Shown here: positions 40,201 through 52,747 of the stretch, piece after piece
Position numbering within the stretch: position 1 is the stretch's first letter
Layout of the letters: each line of letters opens with the position of its first letter
NCBI RefSeq assembly: GCF_006345805.1
Contig: NC_043007.1
Location: forward strand, 60,264,001-60,328,000
Direction: 5' to 3'
DNA: 64,000 nt
Source: Octopus sinensis
Taxonomy: Eukaryota
Translations under genes and position numbers: made by a program
The notes under the pieces: model-generated
Databases searched by the model: none
The model's input: the letters and a program-made list of their open reading frames with translations, nothing else
What the model was told of the DNA's origin: nothing

Positions 40201-41332
40201 TTTTAATTCAAAAGAACATCCTGATTATGCTTCATAACTACCAGAACTATTATTTCTTAGGATCTATTGTTGATGTTGATTGTACTTAGAAATTGGTTAC
40301 AATGTCTACAACAGTAGCTGATTTACAGCCAAAGATAATAAAACAATCTTTAAGGATAAGACATCTCCTTGCATAATCAGTTATCAAGTTATTACACACC
40401 ACCATCTCATTGAGCCATGCTATGCTGCTATTTAAACATTTCATTTCTATAGTCACTTTCAATCACTTTTCCTTGTTCTTCATTCTTGAGAATAGATAAT
40501 GTTTGATAATAGATTTGGTTTCAAATTGCATTGAGACTTTTGCATCATAATAATCTTATTGGCCCTTTGTTGTGCTACTCAATTTCATACTATTATTTTA
40601 CAATTGAATACATTATTAATACATCATACACTGATGACTTTGTCATTGATGTTGTAGCTAGTGAAGTTCAGTTTTTGGATAGCACTTATGGATCATGATT
40701 CACACATATTTTACTTTCAAACTTGAGTTTTATTACTTTGTTACAGGAACTAAATTATTTTATTCCATAACCTTATAACTCTGTTCTAACAATCTGTATT
40801 TATGAGAAAGACAATAATCCCAAGTATTTATCACTTACAAGCAACAGAAATAAAAATTTAGTTGTTAAGAAACCACCAGCAAAGATATTTTTTTAAGGAC
40901 AGAATGAGTGGCAGCTTTTTTTTTTTCTCTCCATAAATTATTCTTCATCATGGGTATATACCTGTATACTAGTAGCAAAAAAATAACTGATGTGAGATTT
41001 TATCCTTTCAATATGCAAAAGCTGCAGTCTGCATTAATTTCAAGCTACAGCAACACTATTAACACCAGTAGTAGCAGCTGTTTTATGAAGATACACCAAT
41101 TCTACTGTAGTAGAGACTAAGAGCTGAGAACAAATCGATGATAAATACTTACCTGGATTTCAAGCACACCAGTCAGTTGTTAGTGTCATTGTTCATTACA
41201 GTATTTATCCAATATAAAATATCTACATAATTTCATGGAATAGAGTTCAACATTTAACCCTAGTGGTGTGTGTGATGGGTAAATTAAAATTGAACAGCAA
41301 ATATGTTTATAGCTTTAATATATCTGTTTGTG

Positions 41333-41339
<7 letters not shown>

Positions 41340-41378
<39 letters not shown>
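41340..41378. repeat. (TA)n microsatellite
   Basis: Pure TA run. Confidence 0.95.
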
Positions 41379-41380
<2 letters not shown>

Positions 41381-41609
41381 AAGTAAATAAAAAGTGATAT
41401 ATGAAGTCAACTTTCACATTGGCTTCATATACCTGCGCAAAACAACCTTTAAAATGTAAAATGCAAGTTTTACAATGCAATGTGGGACTCCATTTTTAAA
41501 GATAAATGTCCTTTCTAATGCCAAGCAATTTATTTGATTTTGTTTAAAGAAACTCTATTGTTCTGAGCTGGAAACTTTTGACTTAACTATTAGGACAGCA
41601 TAGATATGC

Positions 41610-41792
41610 TTAAACCTTTAGCATTTAAACTGGCAAGTCCTGGCCTCTCAAACCTACTCTGCAATGTCATTCTCAAAATAGACAATCATCTTTGAAATCC
41701 CAAATTTACAAGATGATGCGTGATTAATTTTTTAAAAATGTGAATAAACAAACATTACATTTTGCAAAATAATCTGAATGCTAAAGGGTTAG
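41610..41792. mobile_element. piggyBac-type MITE (shorter copy)
   Basis: TTAA-ACCTTTAGCATT...AATGCTAAAGGG-TTAG terminal inverted repeat pair. Confidence 0.65.
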
Positions 41793-42096
41793 AATACTGA
41801 TTATACAATGAGACAATCTAACGCAATAACTAAATTTACTAGATTTCTCTTAACATTTTAAATTAGCTCATGGTCTACTCAGCAGATCTGACCAGGTTTG
41901 CTCAGCAATAGCAATAAAATTCATATTTCATATCAATAAGTAGATATTTGTTGCTTTTATAAACTCAGAGTGTACACTACTATCAGTTTGCAGCATTGAA
42001 GAAAGTAACAAAAAAGACATAAGATACACAAAACCTCAAATACCTAAGTACAAAAAAAAATATTGACAACTTAAAGCTTAGGTATATATGTACACA

Positions 42097-43010
42097 CAGG
42101 GTGTTCAAAAAGTCTCTCCACAGTAAGTATTTTATTGTGAAAAAGATATTTATAAGATGGTATAACACTACAAAAGAATATATTAGACTTTGGGAGACTT
42201 AAAAAAACTTTATAAGAAGTGTTGAAAGTGTCATCCTTCATTTCCAATACATAAGTTGACTCTGCTACACGTTTTGAAATACATCTTGGAGAGTCTGACA
42301 CAGTATGGACCATGTGAAGGTTATGATTGCGTCTTTTAGCTCATTAATAGTTTCCAGGTGATTCCTGTACACTGATCCTTTATTGCTCCCCAGAAAAAAA
42401 AAATGCCTGGCAGTGTTAAATCAGGTGATTTTGGTGGCCAAAGTCCCTTTGAAATAATCCGATCACCAAAAAACTCTTGAAGTAGCACCATGGTGATGCA
42501 CTAAGTATGTGCTGTAGCTCCATCTTACTGAAAGTATGCATTATTAATTTCACTTTCAGTGAGTTGGTCTACAAAATGAATAGACAATATTTGAGCAATA
42601 TCTCTCAGTGTTGATGGTGTCTTCAAAAAATATGGAGCCTACAATACGCTTTCTTGAAATTGCTATCTATACTCCAAGTTTTTCAAGATGCAGAGGTTGC
42701 TCATGCATCGCGTGTGAATTCTCAGTGCTCCATAAGCTTGTGTTTTCCAAATTTATGTGTCATGATGTGGAACAACAGTATTTAGAAAAGTTTCACTGAA
42801 CTTCTGTTTCACAGTATCTGTGTATTTGTTTCCAGCTCAAAACACCCATTCAACTAAAAATGTACATTCTTCAATGGTTAGCATGCTGACATGCTGAAGG
42901 GTACACAATGACTGAGGAACAGTGGCTGACACCCAGCTGCCCACACAGTGATAGCCAAGTTGTGCATGCACAGGATGAAAAAAATTTACTGTGGAGAGAC
43001 TTTTTGAGCA
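42097..43010 (-). mobile_element. Internally deleted rosa-like (DUF4817-type) mariner transposon
   Basis: TIRs CAGGGTGTTCAAAAAGTCTCTCCACAGTAA (42097) and TTACTGTGGAGAGACTTTTTGAGCA (42986-43010). Minus strand reads MLTIEECTFLVEWVF...KYTDTVKQKF, jumps to W.TENSH...IFFEDTINTERY...FQ*DGATAHT...FFGDRIISKGLWPPKSPDLT. Confidence 0.85.
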
Positions 43011-43324
43011 TAGATAAATTCACTATATTTTTGATAAATTTTTCAAAAAGATGTCAGCAATCTACAGATTGTTGAAGAATATTGATTCACCAGAAATTGT
43101 TGCATCTTAGCAATTCAGAAGACAGTCCAAGTTGAGTTTCATGCATAAAATAGAAACAAATAAATATATAGCATATATATATGCTTTTAATTTTTTTTTT
43201 TTTTTTAACATTTCCCCTCTCCCTCAAGAAATTACCACAATTTACATAATTACTGCAAGTTATTTTTCTAATCAGATTTTCCAGTCTTTTGCCATTCTTG
43301 GATGTACACAATATTTTTTTTTTA

Positions 43325-43700
43325 TTTTGGTTGTTTCAGTCATTTGACTGTGGCTATGCTGGAGCACCGCCTTTAGTCAAACTATTTGACCCTGGGACTT
43401 ACTCTTTGTAAGCCTAGTACTTACTCTGTTGATTTCTTTTGCCAAACTGCTAAGTTACTGGTATCTAAACACACCAACATTGGTTGTCAAGCAATGTTGG
43501 GGGAACAAACACAGACACACAAATATATATATATATATATATATAACAGGTTTCTTCCAGTTTCCGTCTACCAAATCCACTCACAAGGCTTTGGTCAGCC
43601 TGAGGCTACAGTAGAAGACCCTTGCCCTTGGTACCAAGCAGTGGGACTGAACCCAGAACCATGTGGTTGGGAAGCAAGCTTCTTACCACATAGTCACTCC
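43325..43700 (-). mobile_element. tRNA-derived SINE with CR1-type tail (older copy)
   Basis: Collinear with 14211-14571; only 2 CpG left. Confidence 0.88.
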
Positions 43701-45093
43701 TTTTCTTAATTTTCCCCAAAATTTAGAAAGGCTGTTCCTCCAAGATAATCAAGAATATTAGACAATGTAAATCTAGTTGGGATGTTTATGACAGGAATGG
43801 CTTATATTACACAAAGATCAATAAAACAAGAACAAACTGGTATTGATTTGTAAGAGTCTTGTTGAATTTATGAAGTAAAATGTAAGCAAATGTTTCACAA
43901 TCACCTTCAAGAATGTGAAACTTCCTTGCAGTTCTGTTGAAAACGTGAGAACAAATATTTTGCTTTTTTTGTTTTGAATACAGTTAATGATTGTATCTAG
44001 TACCCTTGTTGATCATCAAGTTGCTTAGAATATTTTCTAACCATAAATTGAACTAGAGAATTAGCTTTGTGGCAAAGCACACATTGAACCTCAATTGGTG
44101 GTTTTGCTTTTCTTGTCCTGCATCTCTGAGGCAAGTCTTATTTATGCAATTTGTCTCCACCCATTGCTAAAATTATATCCTCAATAACAGTGAGTGTCAT
44201 ATAATGATAGTGTCACCAAGAAAGTTGGCAACACCTCAGTTGCTATATTTGATGTTTATAAACTTCAGATGGATCTCCTCTAAATTTTAGCTACAAATTC
44301 ATTAGGAAATGATATTACTCATATTTTCAGTAGGTCTGAAAGGGAGTTTTACAGTCCTAAAGATAATTGTGAAACAATTGTTTACATTTTACTTTATAAA
44401 TTTCACACAACTTACCATTTTGTTACTTCTTTGTTGATCTTCCTTCCTTTGATCAATGATATTCTATTCTTTTAACTTTCCTGTCTAAAACTACATTATC
44501 TAATGTACCCCCTTTTTTTAAGACAGGGGAATTTAGTTGCTCTTTCTTGCATTCCAAGCCACAACATAGAAGTTATATTGTATCTAACTAAAGCTTTTCT
44601 TGATAATATAATCAAAACAGTTGCCTATATATATCTTCCTTGTGTCTTAACATTCTTCTAGCATCCTATTTTAGACTCTTTCTATGCTCTGTATTTAATA
44701 CACACACAGACACACAAAGCTAATTCTCTAGTTCAGTTTGTGGATCATAAAATTACTTTAAAATGCAAAACGTAGGGGAAATGACTAACCAACAATTCTA
44801 TTGAAACTATGCTATTAGGATGTTTTTAGAAAATCCCAACATATCACTGTTACAAAAATTGAGAATACTAAAAGAGCCAAACAGAGGCTATGATAGGAAA
44901 AAAATATAAAAGGGAGAATATCAGAACCCTAAATATTTTTTTTTTACTGGTCAGAGTAAGATGCCAGACGAGTCCTACAAAGTCATTTTGCTTTTATCTT
45001 TTCAGGTTGATCAAATAATTACCTGTAATATACTGGAATTAATTCAGTTGACCATACATCCTCCTTCTGAGAATTTATATATATATATATATA

Positions 45094-46351
45094 CAGGAGT
45101 TGAACAAAATAATGGAAACACCTTAAAATTTCAAACAAATTTATTTTAATATGGTGTAGGACCGCCTTTGGCAGTAATTACAGCTTGAATTCTTCAAGAT
45201 TTGGACTTGTACAAAGTTTGAATTGTTTCCAAAGGAATTTTTGTCCGTTCTTCAGCTAAAACAGTTTCCAGTTCTTATAGCGATGATGGTGGAGGATATC
45301 GACTCCTTACTTGTTTTTCTAAAATGCACCATAAATGTTCAATAATGTTGAGATCTGGGGACTGTGGTAGCCAGATAAGCTGTTCAACTTCACTAGAATG
45401 TTCCTCATGCCATTCAGTAACAACTTTAGCTCTGTGAATTGGTGCATTATCATCCTGAAAGATTGCGTTTCCCTCCAAAAACAGTTCTGCAACCATAGGA
45501 TGAATTTGATCAGATAAAATGCTTAAATAGTCTTGACTATTAATTCTGCCATGAATGGAAACCATTGGGCTGGCGGATTTCCAAGATATACCCCCCCCTC
45601 CCCGATCATCACAGATTCTCCTCCATGTTTAATAGTTGGAAGAAGGCAGTCTGGGTCAAATACTTCTTTTGGCCATCTCCACACATATACTCAGCCGGTG
45701 GTCAGAAATAAGGTAAAGGATGACTCGTCTGAGAGAATAACATTCTTCCACTGCTCTAGGGACCCATTCTGTAGGTCTTTACTCCACTCTAAACGCTTTG
45801 AAAGAAGTTTTTTGATTGCAGCCCTTCCGTGAAATCTGGCTTTGTGCACCTCTCAGCGAACAGGTTTTGTGGAAACTGGGTTCTCAAGGTGGTCATTAAG
45901 CTCTGCAGTAATTTTGGGAGCTGTACTTTTGTGATTCTTTCTAACAATTTGCGTAAGAGTCTGACAGTCCCTATCTGAAAGTTTTGATTTTCTTCCAGAG
46001 TTTTACTTCGATGAGGAGGTTTTTCCCTTTTTCTCAAAAGCTGTCATTACTTTCGAGCCAGTACTTCTTGATACACCAAACATTTTAGCTGTTTTCATTA
46101 CACTAGTGCCTGCCATACAAGCACCAAGAATTTGACCTCTTTGAAAGTTCGATAGATCTGTCATTTTAATGAATTTTAATTACCTTTTTCTGATGATATC
46201 TGAAAAGAAACAGCAATTTTAGCAAAACATATTAAATAACACTAATAATAAATAAATAAAAAATTAAAATAAACAAGCTTTTGATGGTTTGATAGAAATT
46301 TCAAAATTATGATACTATGATATTAGGTGTTTCCATTATTTTGTCCAACCC

Positions 46352-46354
<3 letters not shown>
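45094..46354 (-). mobile_element. Full-length Tc1-like transposon with DD36E spacing (Incomer-like), inactivated
   Basis: 30-bp TIRs (28/30 identical): CAGGAGTTGAACAAAATAATGGAAACACCT and AGGTGTTTCCATTATTTTGTCCAACCCCTG, TA on both sides; length 1261 bp. Confidence 0.93.
45146..46164 (-). pseudogene. Tc1 transposase pseudogene
   Basis: MTDLSNFQRGQILGA...SGRKSKLSDRD...SDESSFTLF...TIKHGGESVMI...FQDDNAPIH...WLPQSPDLNIIEHLW...AKGGPTPY*; several stops and frameshifts. Confidence 0.92.
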
Positions 46355-46390
<36 letters not shown>

Positions 46391-46535
46391 ATATATATTT
46401 ATATATATAAAATGTATATCATGTTACACTAAGATGTGGTGCACAGTACCAGCATTTTTAGTCAAAAATAGCAAACTACTCCAAATTGTTGTTAGAATAT
46501 CCAAACAAGTGGAATCTAGACTGGCATTGAGTTAT

Positions 46536-46810
46536 ATAAGTTGTAATAATGAAGTCAAATCAAACTGTGATATTTTGGAATCATTTAATACATAATACAT
46601 TAATACAACCAATTTGCATAATATATAATAGGAAATGCATCCATTATGTAAATCTTCCTCAGTTAAACCATTTCAAAATATTTTGAAATGTTTTGACTGA
46701 GGAAAGTTTACATAATGGATGCGTTTCCTATTTATATATTACACAAACCTGAAACGTACATATCAAATGATTTTAAAATATCACTATTTGGTTCACTATT
46801 ACAACTTACA
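46536..46810. repeat. ~275-bp spacer-less foldback (probable MITE)
   Basis: Inner arms 46621-46679 and 46680-46739 differ by 5 substitutions and 1 indel. Outer arms TAAGTTGTAATAATGAA..CAAA..GTGATATTTT and its reverse complement end near 46808. Confidence 0.8.
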
Positions 46811-46868
46811 TTAAAAAAGGCAGAAGAATGGAGAATTATACATTTTCAATCTGCTGGCACTTGTTTTT

Positions 46869-47026
46869 CATAGATGGGTAAATTACATCATTCTGAAATG
46901 CAATAGCCATGCATATTGATAAATCCCATATTTGATTGACTATGATCCTACAGGGATTGAGAAATTTAACACCATCCTATCCTTACCAAATGGTATAGCT
47001 TTGAAAAGGACAGGATGGTGTTAAAA

Positions 47027-47068
<42 letters not shown>

Positions 47069-47074
47069 TCTCTC

Positions 47075-47170
<96 letters not shown>

Positions 47171-47250
47171 TGAATCGAAGTCAGTCAAATACGGGATGGG
47201 TTTATATGCATGATTACTGTATTGCAGAATTATGTAATTTACCCATCTGT
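46869..47250. repeat. Second foldback element with a (TC)n array inside the right arm
   Basis: Outer arms 46869-46947 and 47174-47250; inner arms 46959-46984 and 47006-47030; (TC)n at 47027-47166. Confidence 0.8.
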
Positions 47251-48394
47251 CTGAAACAATTTAAAGCTGATTAAAAATGTATAAGTCACCATTCTTTTGT
47301 GTTTTTCTACTATACTCTGTAACCTTAAACTGAACCTATTGAGCATTTGGACTTTGAATTTACAGATTAGACAGACAGCAAAAAGTAAATCTACAGCCTG
47401 TACAGATTGCAATGGTTCTCACTGGACAATTTAGTTAGCCACGTTTTATCATTACAGAGTGCTTTTAAAGTATTCACCTGCATTTTCAATCCCCTTTTCT
47501 CTTTGCATTTGTGTGTGTATAGACTGATAGACAGACACACAGTCAGACATTCTTGTATATTTTAATTCAGTTCAAATTTGTTTTCATTTACTTTTTACTT
47601 TAGTTGTCATCTACAAACACAAACTAGTTTTCAAATATTTTTTCTCTTCAAAATATTCATGGAAGCTAGATTTTCTTTTCAAGATAAACCATCGTGTTTT
47701 TAAATCTTGTATGGGGTTTGAACTGAATTCTTTTTCCATAATTACATTTTTCATATTCAGTTGGTCTTTATACGTTTCTCAAATCTTTTGCCTTCATTAC
47801 TCATGTTACAATACCTTTTAAATATGATCTACATTTTTCTTTTTCTTCTTTTTTTTTTTTTTGTAATCAAGGCTAGGACTTCCCACTGTTATTGATCTTT
47901 TTGGTTACCGTTTTTATTGACTATCTTCACTATCTTGTTGAAAGTGATAGAGCTCTTAACAGGCAGCTTTAGGTCTGACTCACTCAGATTCTTGTAATAC
48001 TTTCTCAGATTTTACTTCACATTCATCTACATGAAATTTGTCTTTCACCTAATTGTAAGAAATATCAACACAGCCATTTTTTTTTTTGTATGATTATGTA
48101 TTTATGCAATTATATTGATATGTATAGCTCATCAGAAATATGGAATATTCAACCTAGTGATATTTTTATATGAATAATATCCATCTCATATGCATTGTCT
48201 ATAACTATTGTAATTCCTATTTCTGTTGACACCTTAAAAATATTATTTTGGAGTTTTTTGTTTTTATTTTCAAATCCATTCTTATATTGATACTGTGCTA
48301 ATTAAAGTGCATAAAGCAAGACATCAACTTAGATGAGCTTCCCTTACTCTTTAGCTAAGTTATACACTGCATTCAAATACACACATACATACAT

Positions 48395-48740
48395 ATCATC
48401 ATCATCATTTAACGTCCATTGTCCATGCTGTCATGGGTTGGACAGTTTGACAAGGGCTGGTAAGCTGGAAGACTGCACCAGACTTCAGTCTGATTTGGCA
48501 TTGTTTTCTACACCTGGATGAACCTTCCTAAAAACCAACCATTCTGAGAGTGCAATGGGTGCTTCTACGTGCCACTGGCACAGGTGCCATTTGCATGGCA
48601 CCAGTATTTTCCATGACTACAATTTTGCTCAGCTTGATGGGTCTTCTCAAGTATGATATAATGCCAAAGGTCTTGGTCATTGCCTCCATGAGGCCCAACG
48701 CTCGAAAGGAACTCAGCCACTTTGCCTCCATGAGGCCCAA
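48395..48740 (-). mobile_element. RTE-type 3' fragment
   Basis: (CAT)n-TTAACGTCCATTGTCCATGCTGTCATGGGTTGGACAG...; internal direct repeat TTGCCTCCATGAGGCCC twice. Confidence 0.7.
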
Positions 48741-48752
48741 AATATATATAGT

Positions 48753-49106
48753 CCCAGGCATGGCTGTGTGGTAAAAAGTTTACTTTCCAACCACATGGTT
48801 CCAGGTTCAATCCCATTGCATGTCACCTTGAACAAGTATCCTCTACTATAGCCCCAGGTTGACCAAAGCCTTGTGAGTGGATTTGGTAGGCAGAAATTGT
48901 CAATGTGTGAGTGTCTGTGTTTGCCTACCCCCACCCAGCCATCACCAGTTTTGGTATGTTTACATCCCTGAAACTTAGCAGTTCAGCAAAAGACCAATAG
49001 AATAAGTACTAGGCTTAAGAAATAAGTCCTGGAGGCAATCTGCTCAACTAAAACCCTCCAGCATGGCCACAGTCAAATGACTGAAACATGTAAAAGAATA
49101 AGAGAA
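48753..49106 (+). mobile_element. tRNA-derived SINE with CR1-type tail (older copy)
   Basis: GGCATGGCTGTGTGGTAA...GGTTCAATCCC...CCTTGTGAGTGGATTTGGTAG...CCAGCATGGCCACAGTCAAATGACTGAAAC; no CpG left. Confidence 0.88.
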
Positions 49107-49666
49107 TATATGTCAGGCTATTTACAACCTGTTTCATAATGGCATCTCAAGATGTCCATATTTCATTATGAGCTTGTCCCCTCCTTCCCCCTTCTCTCCC
49201 TCCCTCTCTCTCTCTCTCTCTGAAGAGAGAGAGAGATACTTTGATAGAGTATCATCTATGAACAAAGGTGTTTCTATTGTAACCATCTCATTTTTTAGTG
49301 TTTGGATATCTAGGAATACATTGTCTAATGCATTGCCTTTTCTTTTTATCTTTAAGACAGTGGGTGGTGATTCAAAAGTGATTTAGTTATTATTTCTCAC
49401 AAGTTAAGCTACCATGTAGAGACTGGTTCATTTCTAATCTAAATGGCCAGGTAGTAACAATAGGGTGCTCAGAATGACTACAGAGTGGTAAATTAGGTTA
49501 GCAAAGACATCAGGTAATAGGTAATGCAAGATTTGAAATACAGAATGAAGAAATGATTTTGAATATCACACAGCGTTAGTAAAGAGGTGTGATATATAGC
49601 CATTCCAAATAACAAATATGTTTACACCTTACCTACATTGGAAACCAGAAGTTAAATATTCTTGTA

Positions 49667-49668
<2 letters not shown>

Positions 49669-49746
<78 letters not shown>

Positions 49747-49779
49747 ACACACACTCTCACACACACACACACACACACT
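49669..49779. repeat. (TC)n(CA)n compound microsatellite
   Basis: Seen directly. Confidence 0.95.
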
Positions 49780-51324
49780 TCCCCTTCTGTGTTGTTGAAG
49801 TGGGTGAGTAGAAGACTTAATACTGAATAAGTTTCCCTGTCTGTCTAATGTCCGGCTGTTAGTTCAGTTTTTGTTATTGTTGTTGTCCTCTATCTTCATT
49901 TCTTTACCTAATCTCAAGCCTATTCTGATATTCTATTGGGTGTCATTTATTGTTGTTTATTTGCTCCTACAATCACAGGCTCTTATCTAACCATTAAGTC
50001 GTAAGTCTTTTAAACACTAATATTCATTTTTGTTCATTTCTTTTTGTGAATTCAACATCCATTTGCTCCTTACTTTCTATGACTGTAAACAGATATGACA
50101 ATATCTATCCCACATTATATTTTTGTATGACTGTGTAAGTGCCTGTGCAAGCACTTGCATGCATACACACACACACACATCCATGCTCTTATACAAATCC
50201 CAATATTCTCTTTGTCAGTTATAAGAAGCCTATGATTCTTAAAATAAATAAAAAATGACAAAGAAATGTGATGATGATAATCTTTTAAGTATATATGTGT
50301 AGAGAGAGAGGTGAAGTTGCATGTTATTAGTTGCTGTCCTCCAACTGTTACAAGATTTGGTTACATTTTATCTATAGTACTAAGGTACACAAACAGCAAC
50401 TGTGATATTCTTGATGGCTAATTTTATAATTTAAGTTGTTAAAGCATTTTCTCCCATTTTAAAATTATTTTGTGAATGTATTTACATTATTTATTTTTGC
50501 CTTAAATTGTTTAATAAATTTTGACACATTTGACAGATATATTCTACCAATTAGTAGCTAAGAAATTTTATGATAGATGTTGTCTTTGAAGCAAGCATTC
50601 TAAACAATGGGTCAGTTATTAATGTACTGTTAAATTTTATTAATTCCATGAATAAGTATTGTGCAAGAGCAGAGCATGCACACACACACACACACACACC
50701 ACACACACACACATTAATGAAAATTAAATTGTTCTAGTTTACAAGAACTGTCATTTTTTCTTTACTGGATCATACAATCTCGGTTATGGTTATTTTATAA
50801 TTTCTAATTCAAATCATTTGTCAGTTATCTTTATACCTTAGCAGTGCAGGGAAGCAATATAAGAGTCTTGCTTTGTTCAACTCTCTCAAAACTGCAACAG
50901 AATCAGTGCAAAATAATTGAGTTGATACCTTTCTTCTTTCATACCTTTATTTGGTGAACTCTTTTACGATAAGATTTACCATTAAACTATGATATGAAAT
51001 GACTAGAAATGTTAATTTATTGACAATAGTTTAATACTAAAATGTATCTTTATGTAATAGCGTTTCAAGGGTTGTTAGTGGTTGTAAATTATAGAAACTA
51101 TTAGATGTATCACTGATATTGTTTTTGACAGAAGTGCTTGAGGTAACCCCTCTCCATCGAAATTGCTGGTCTTGTGCTAAAATTTGAAATCCTTTTTTTA
51201 CATCAATGTTTCTCAACCTTCGTTGTCTTATTACTACCTTTGATTTTCCTTAAAAAAAACTTGCACCTCATCGTAAGCAGAGTATATATATATGTGTGTG
51301 TGTGTGTGTTGAAATGAAAATTTC

Positions 51325-51709
51325 TTCCCAACCACAGGATTCAGAGTTCAATCCTACTGTGTGGCACCTTGGGCACGGCTCTTCTACTATAGCCTCAGAC
51401 TGACCACAGCTTTGTGAGTGAATTTGGTAGACAGAAACTGAAAGAAGCCCCTCATATACATATATATGTGTGTGTTTGTGTGTATATATCTATGCATGTG
51501 TACCTTTGTGTATATGTTTGTCCCCACCATCACTTGACAATTGGTGTTAGTGTGTTTACATCCCCGTAACTTAGCAATTTGGCAAGAGACTGAATAGAAC
51601 AAGTACTAGGCCTAAAGAAATAAGTCCTGGGGTCAATTTGTTTCACCCTTCAAAATAGTGTCCCAGCATGGCTGCAGTCTAATGACTGAAACAAATAAAA
51701 GATAAAAGA
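51325..51709 (+). mobile_element. tRNA-derived SINE with CR1-type tail (older copy)
   Basis: Collinear with 48753-49106; tail CCCAGCATGGCTGCAGTCTAATGACTGAAAC. Confidence 0.85.
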
Positions 51710-52747
51710 TCATTGCAAGTTTTTTGCAATTGTTACTTACACTCTCTTCTAAAGTCCCATGCTCCACTGAAACATTGCTATGAATCACAAGTAGAGCTTG
51801 TGCCTCCATCTTGAGAATCACTGCTATATATCCTACATGGGTTACTTCATTTCCTTTCATTGTTTTCTATGAAAAGTAAAATCAAATTATAAAAAAAAAA
51901 TAGTAAGCAAGATTTAAAAAAATAAACTCTATTATTCATGAGTCTTTTGAAAATAGTAGCAAGATGCAAAACATTGTCAGAAAAATAGCTAGTCCTAAAA
52001 ATATATACCTAAAATGTTTGTTACAAAAGCAATAAAATATTGATGTTAGTTAGGTATCTTAACTATTTCTATCAAAGCCAGCTATAGACTATTCTTGTCA
52101 GAAAATGGTTGTAAGGAGTAAAGCATTGTTTAAAAAAAAACCAGTCCTAAAAATACTTCATCTAAAAAGTTATAAAAGTCATAAAATATCAATATTAACA
52201 AGGTATCTTTACTATTTCAAAGGCAACCCAGCTGTGTAAAGTTGCTTTTTTTTTGGTGGGGGGGGCTTTTTTTTACCCAGTGGAGACAGCTTAATAGAAC
52301 AGCGCTGATGTAGACTTATACATCACCATCTTCTTTAAGTGGTTTACTCTTCAGTAATGTACATTTATATTAATACATCATCATGTTCTTTTGTTTACCA
52401 TTCAGCAAGGTTCTTTGGTAAACAGATATGAATTCATTTTTAAAATGTGCTTGGAATAGCATCACTACAGGAACACCTGCTTTTAGAATCGCCAGTCTGC
52501 CAAGTTAGACTAATGCAGAAATATACTGAATGGAAGAAGGGCCAGTACATAACTAGCTCATATAATTGGTTGAGACCAAAATCAAAATTTTCCTTATCTT
52601 TTAGTGTAATAAAGGAAGAACTTCTATAAATTATTTTAGCATAAAAATATAACTTGGCTTAATTTTCCCAAGAACATCCTTAAAAAATGTCTTGGAACAG
52701 TATCTCTTTAAAATTAATTTTTGACTCCTCTGCATCCTAACATAATC

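Noticed and set aside
41145-41156. ATACTTACCTGG, identical to the U1 snRNA 5' end
   Set aside because: No further U1 sequence follows. It is equally a perfect minus-strand donor (CCAG|GTAAGTAT), but the nearest upstream candidate exon has stops in all frames, so I make no call.
46983-47168. Arg-Glu repeat ORF
   Set aside because: Translation of the (GA)n microsatellite.
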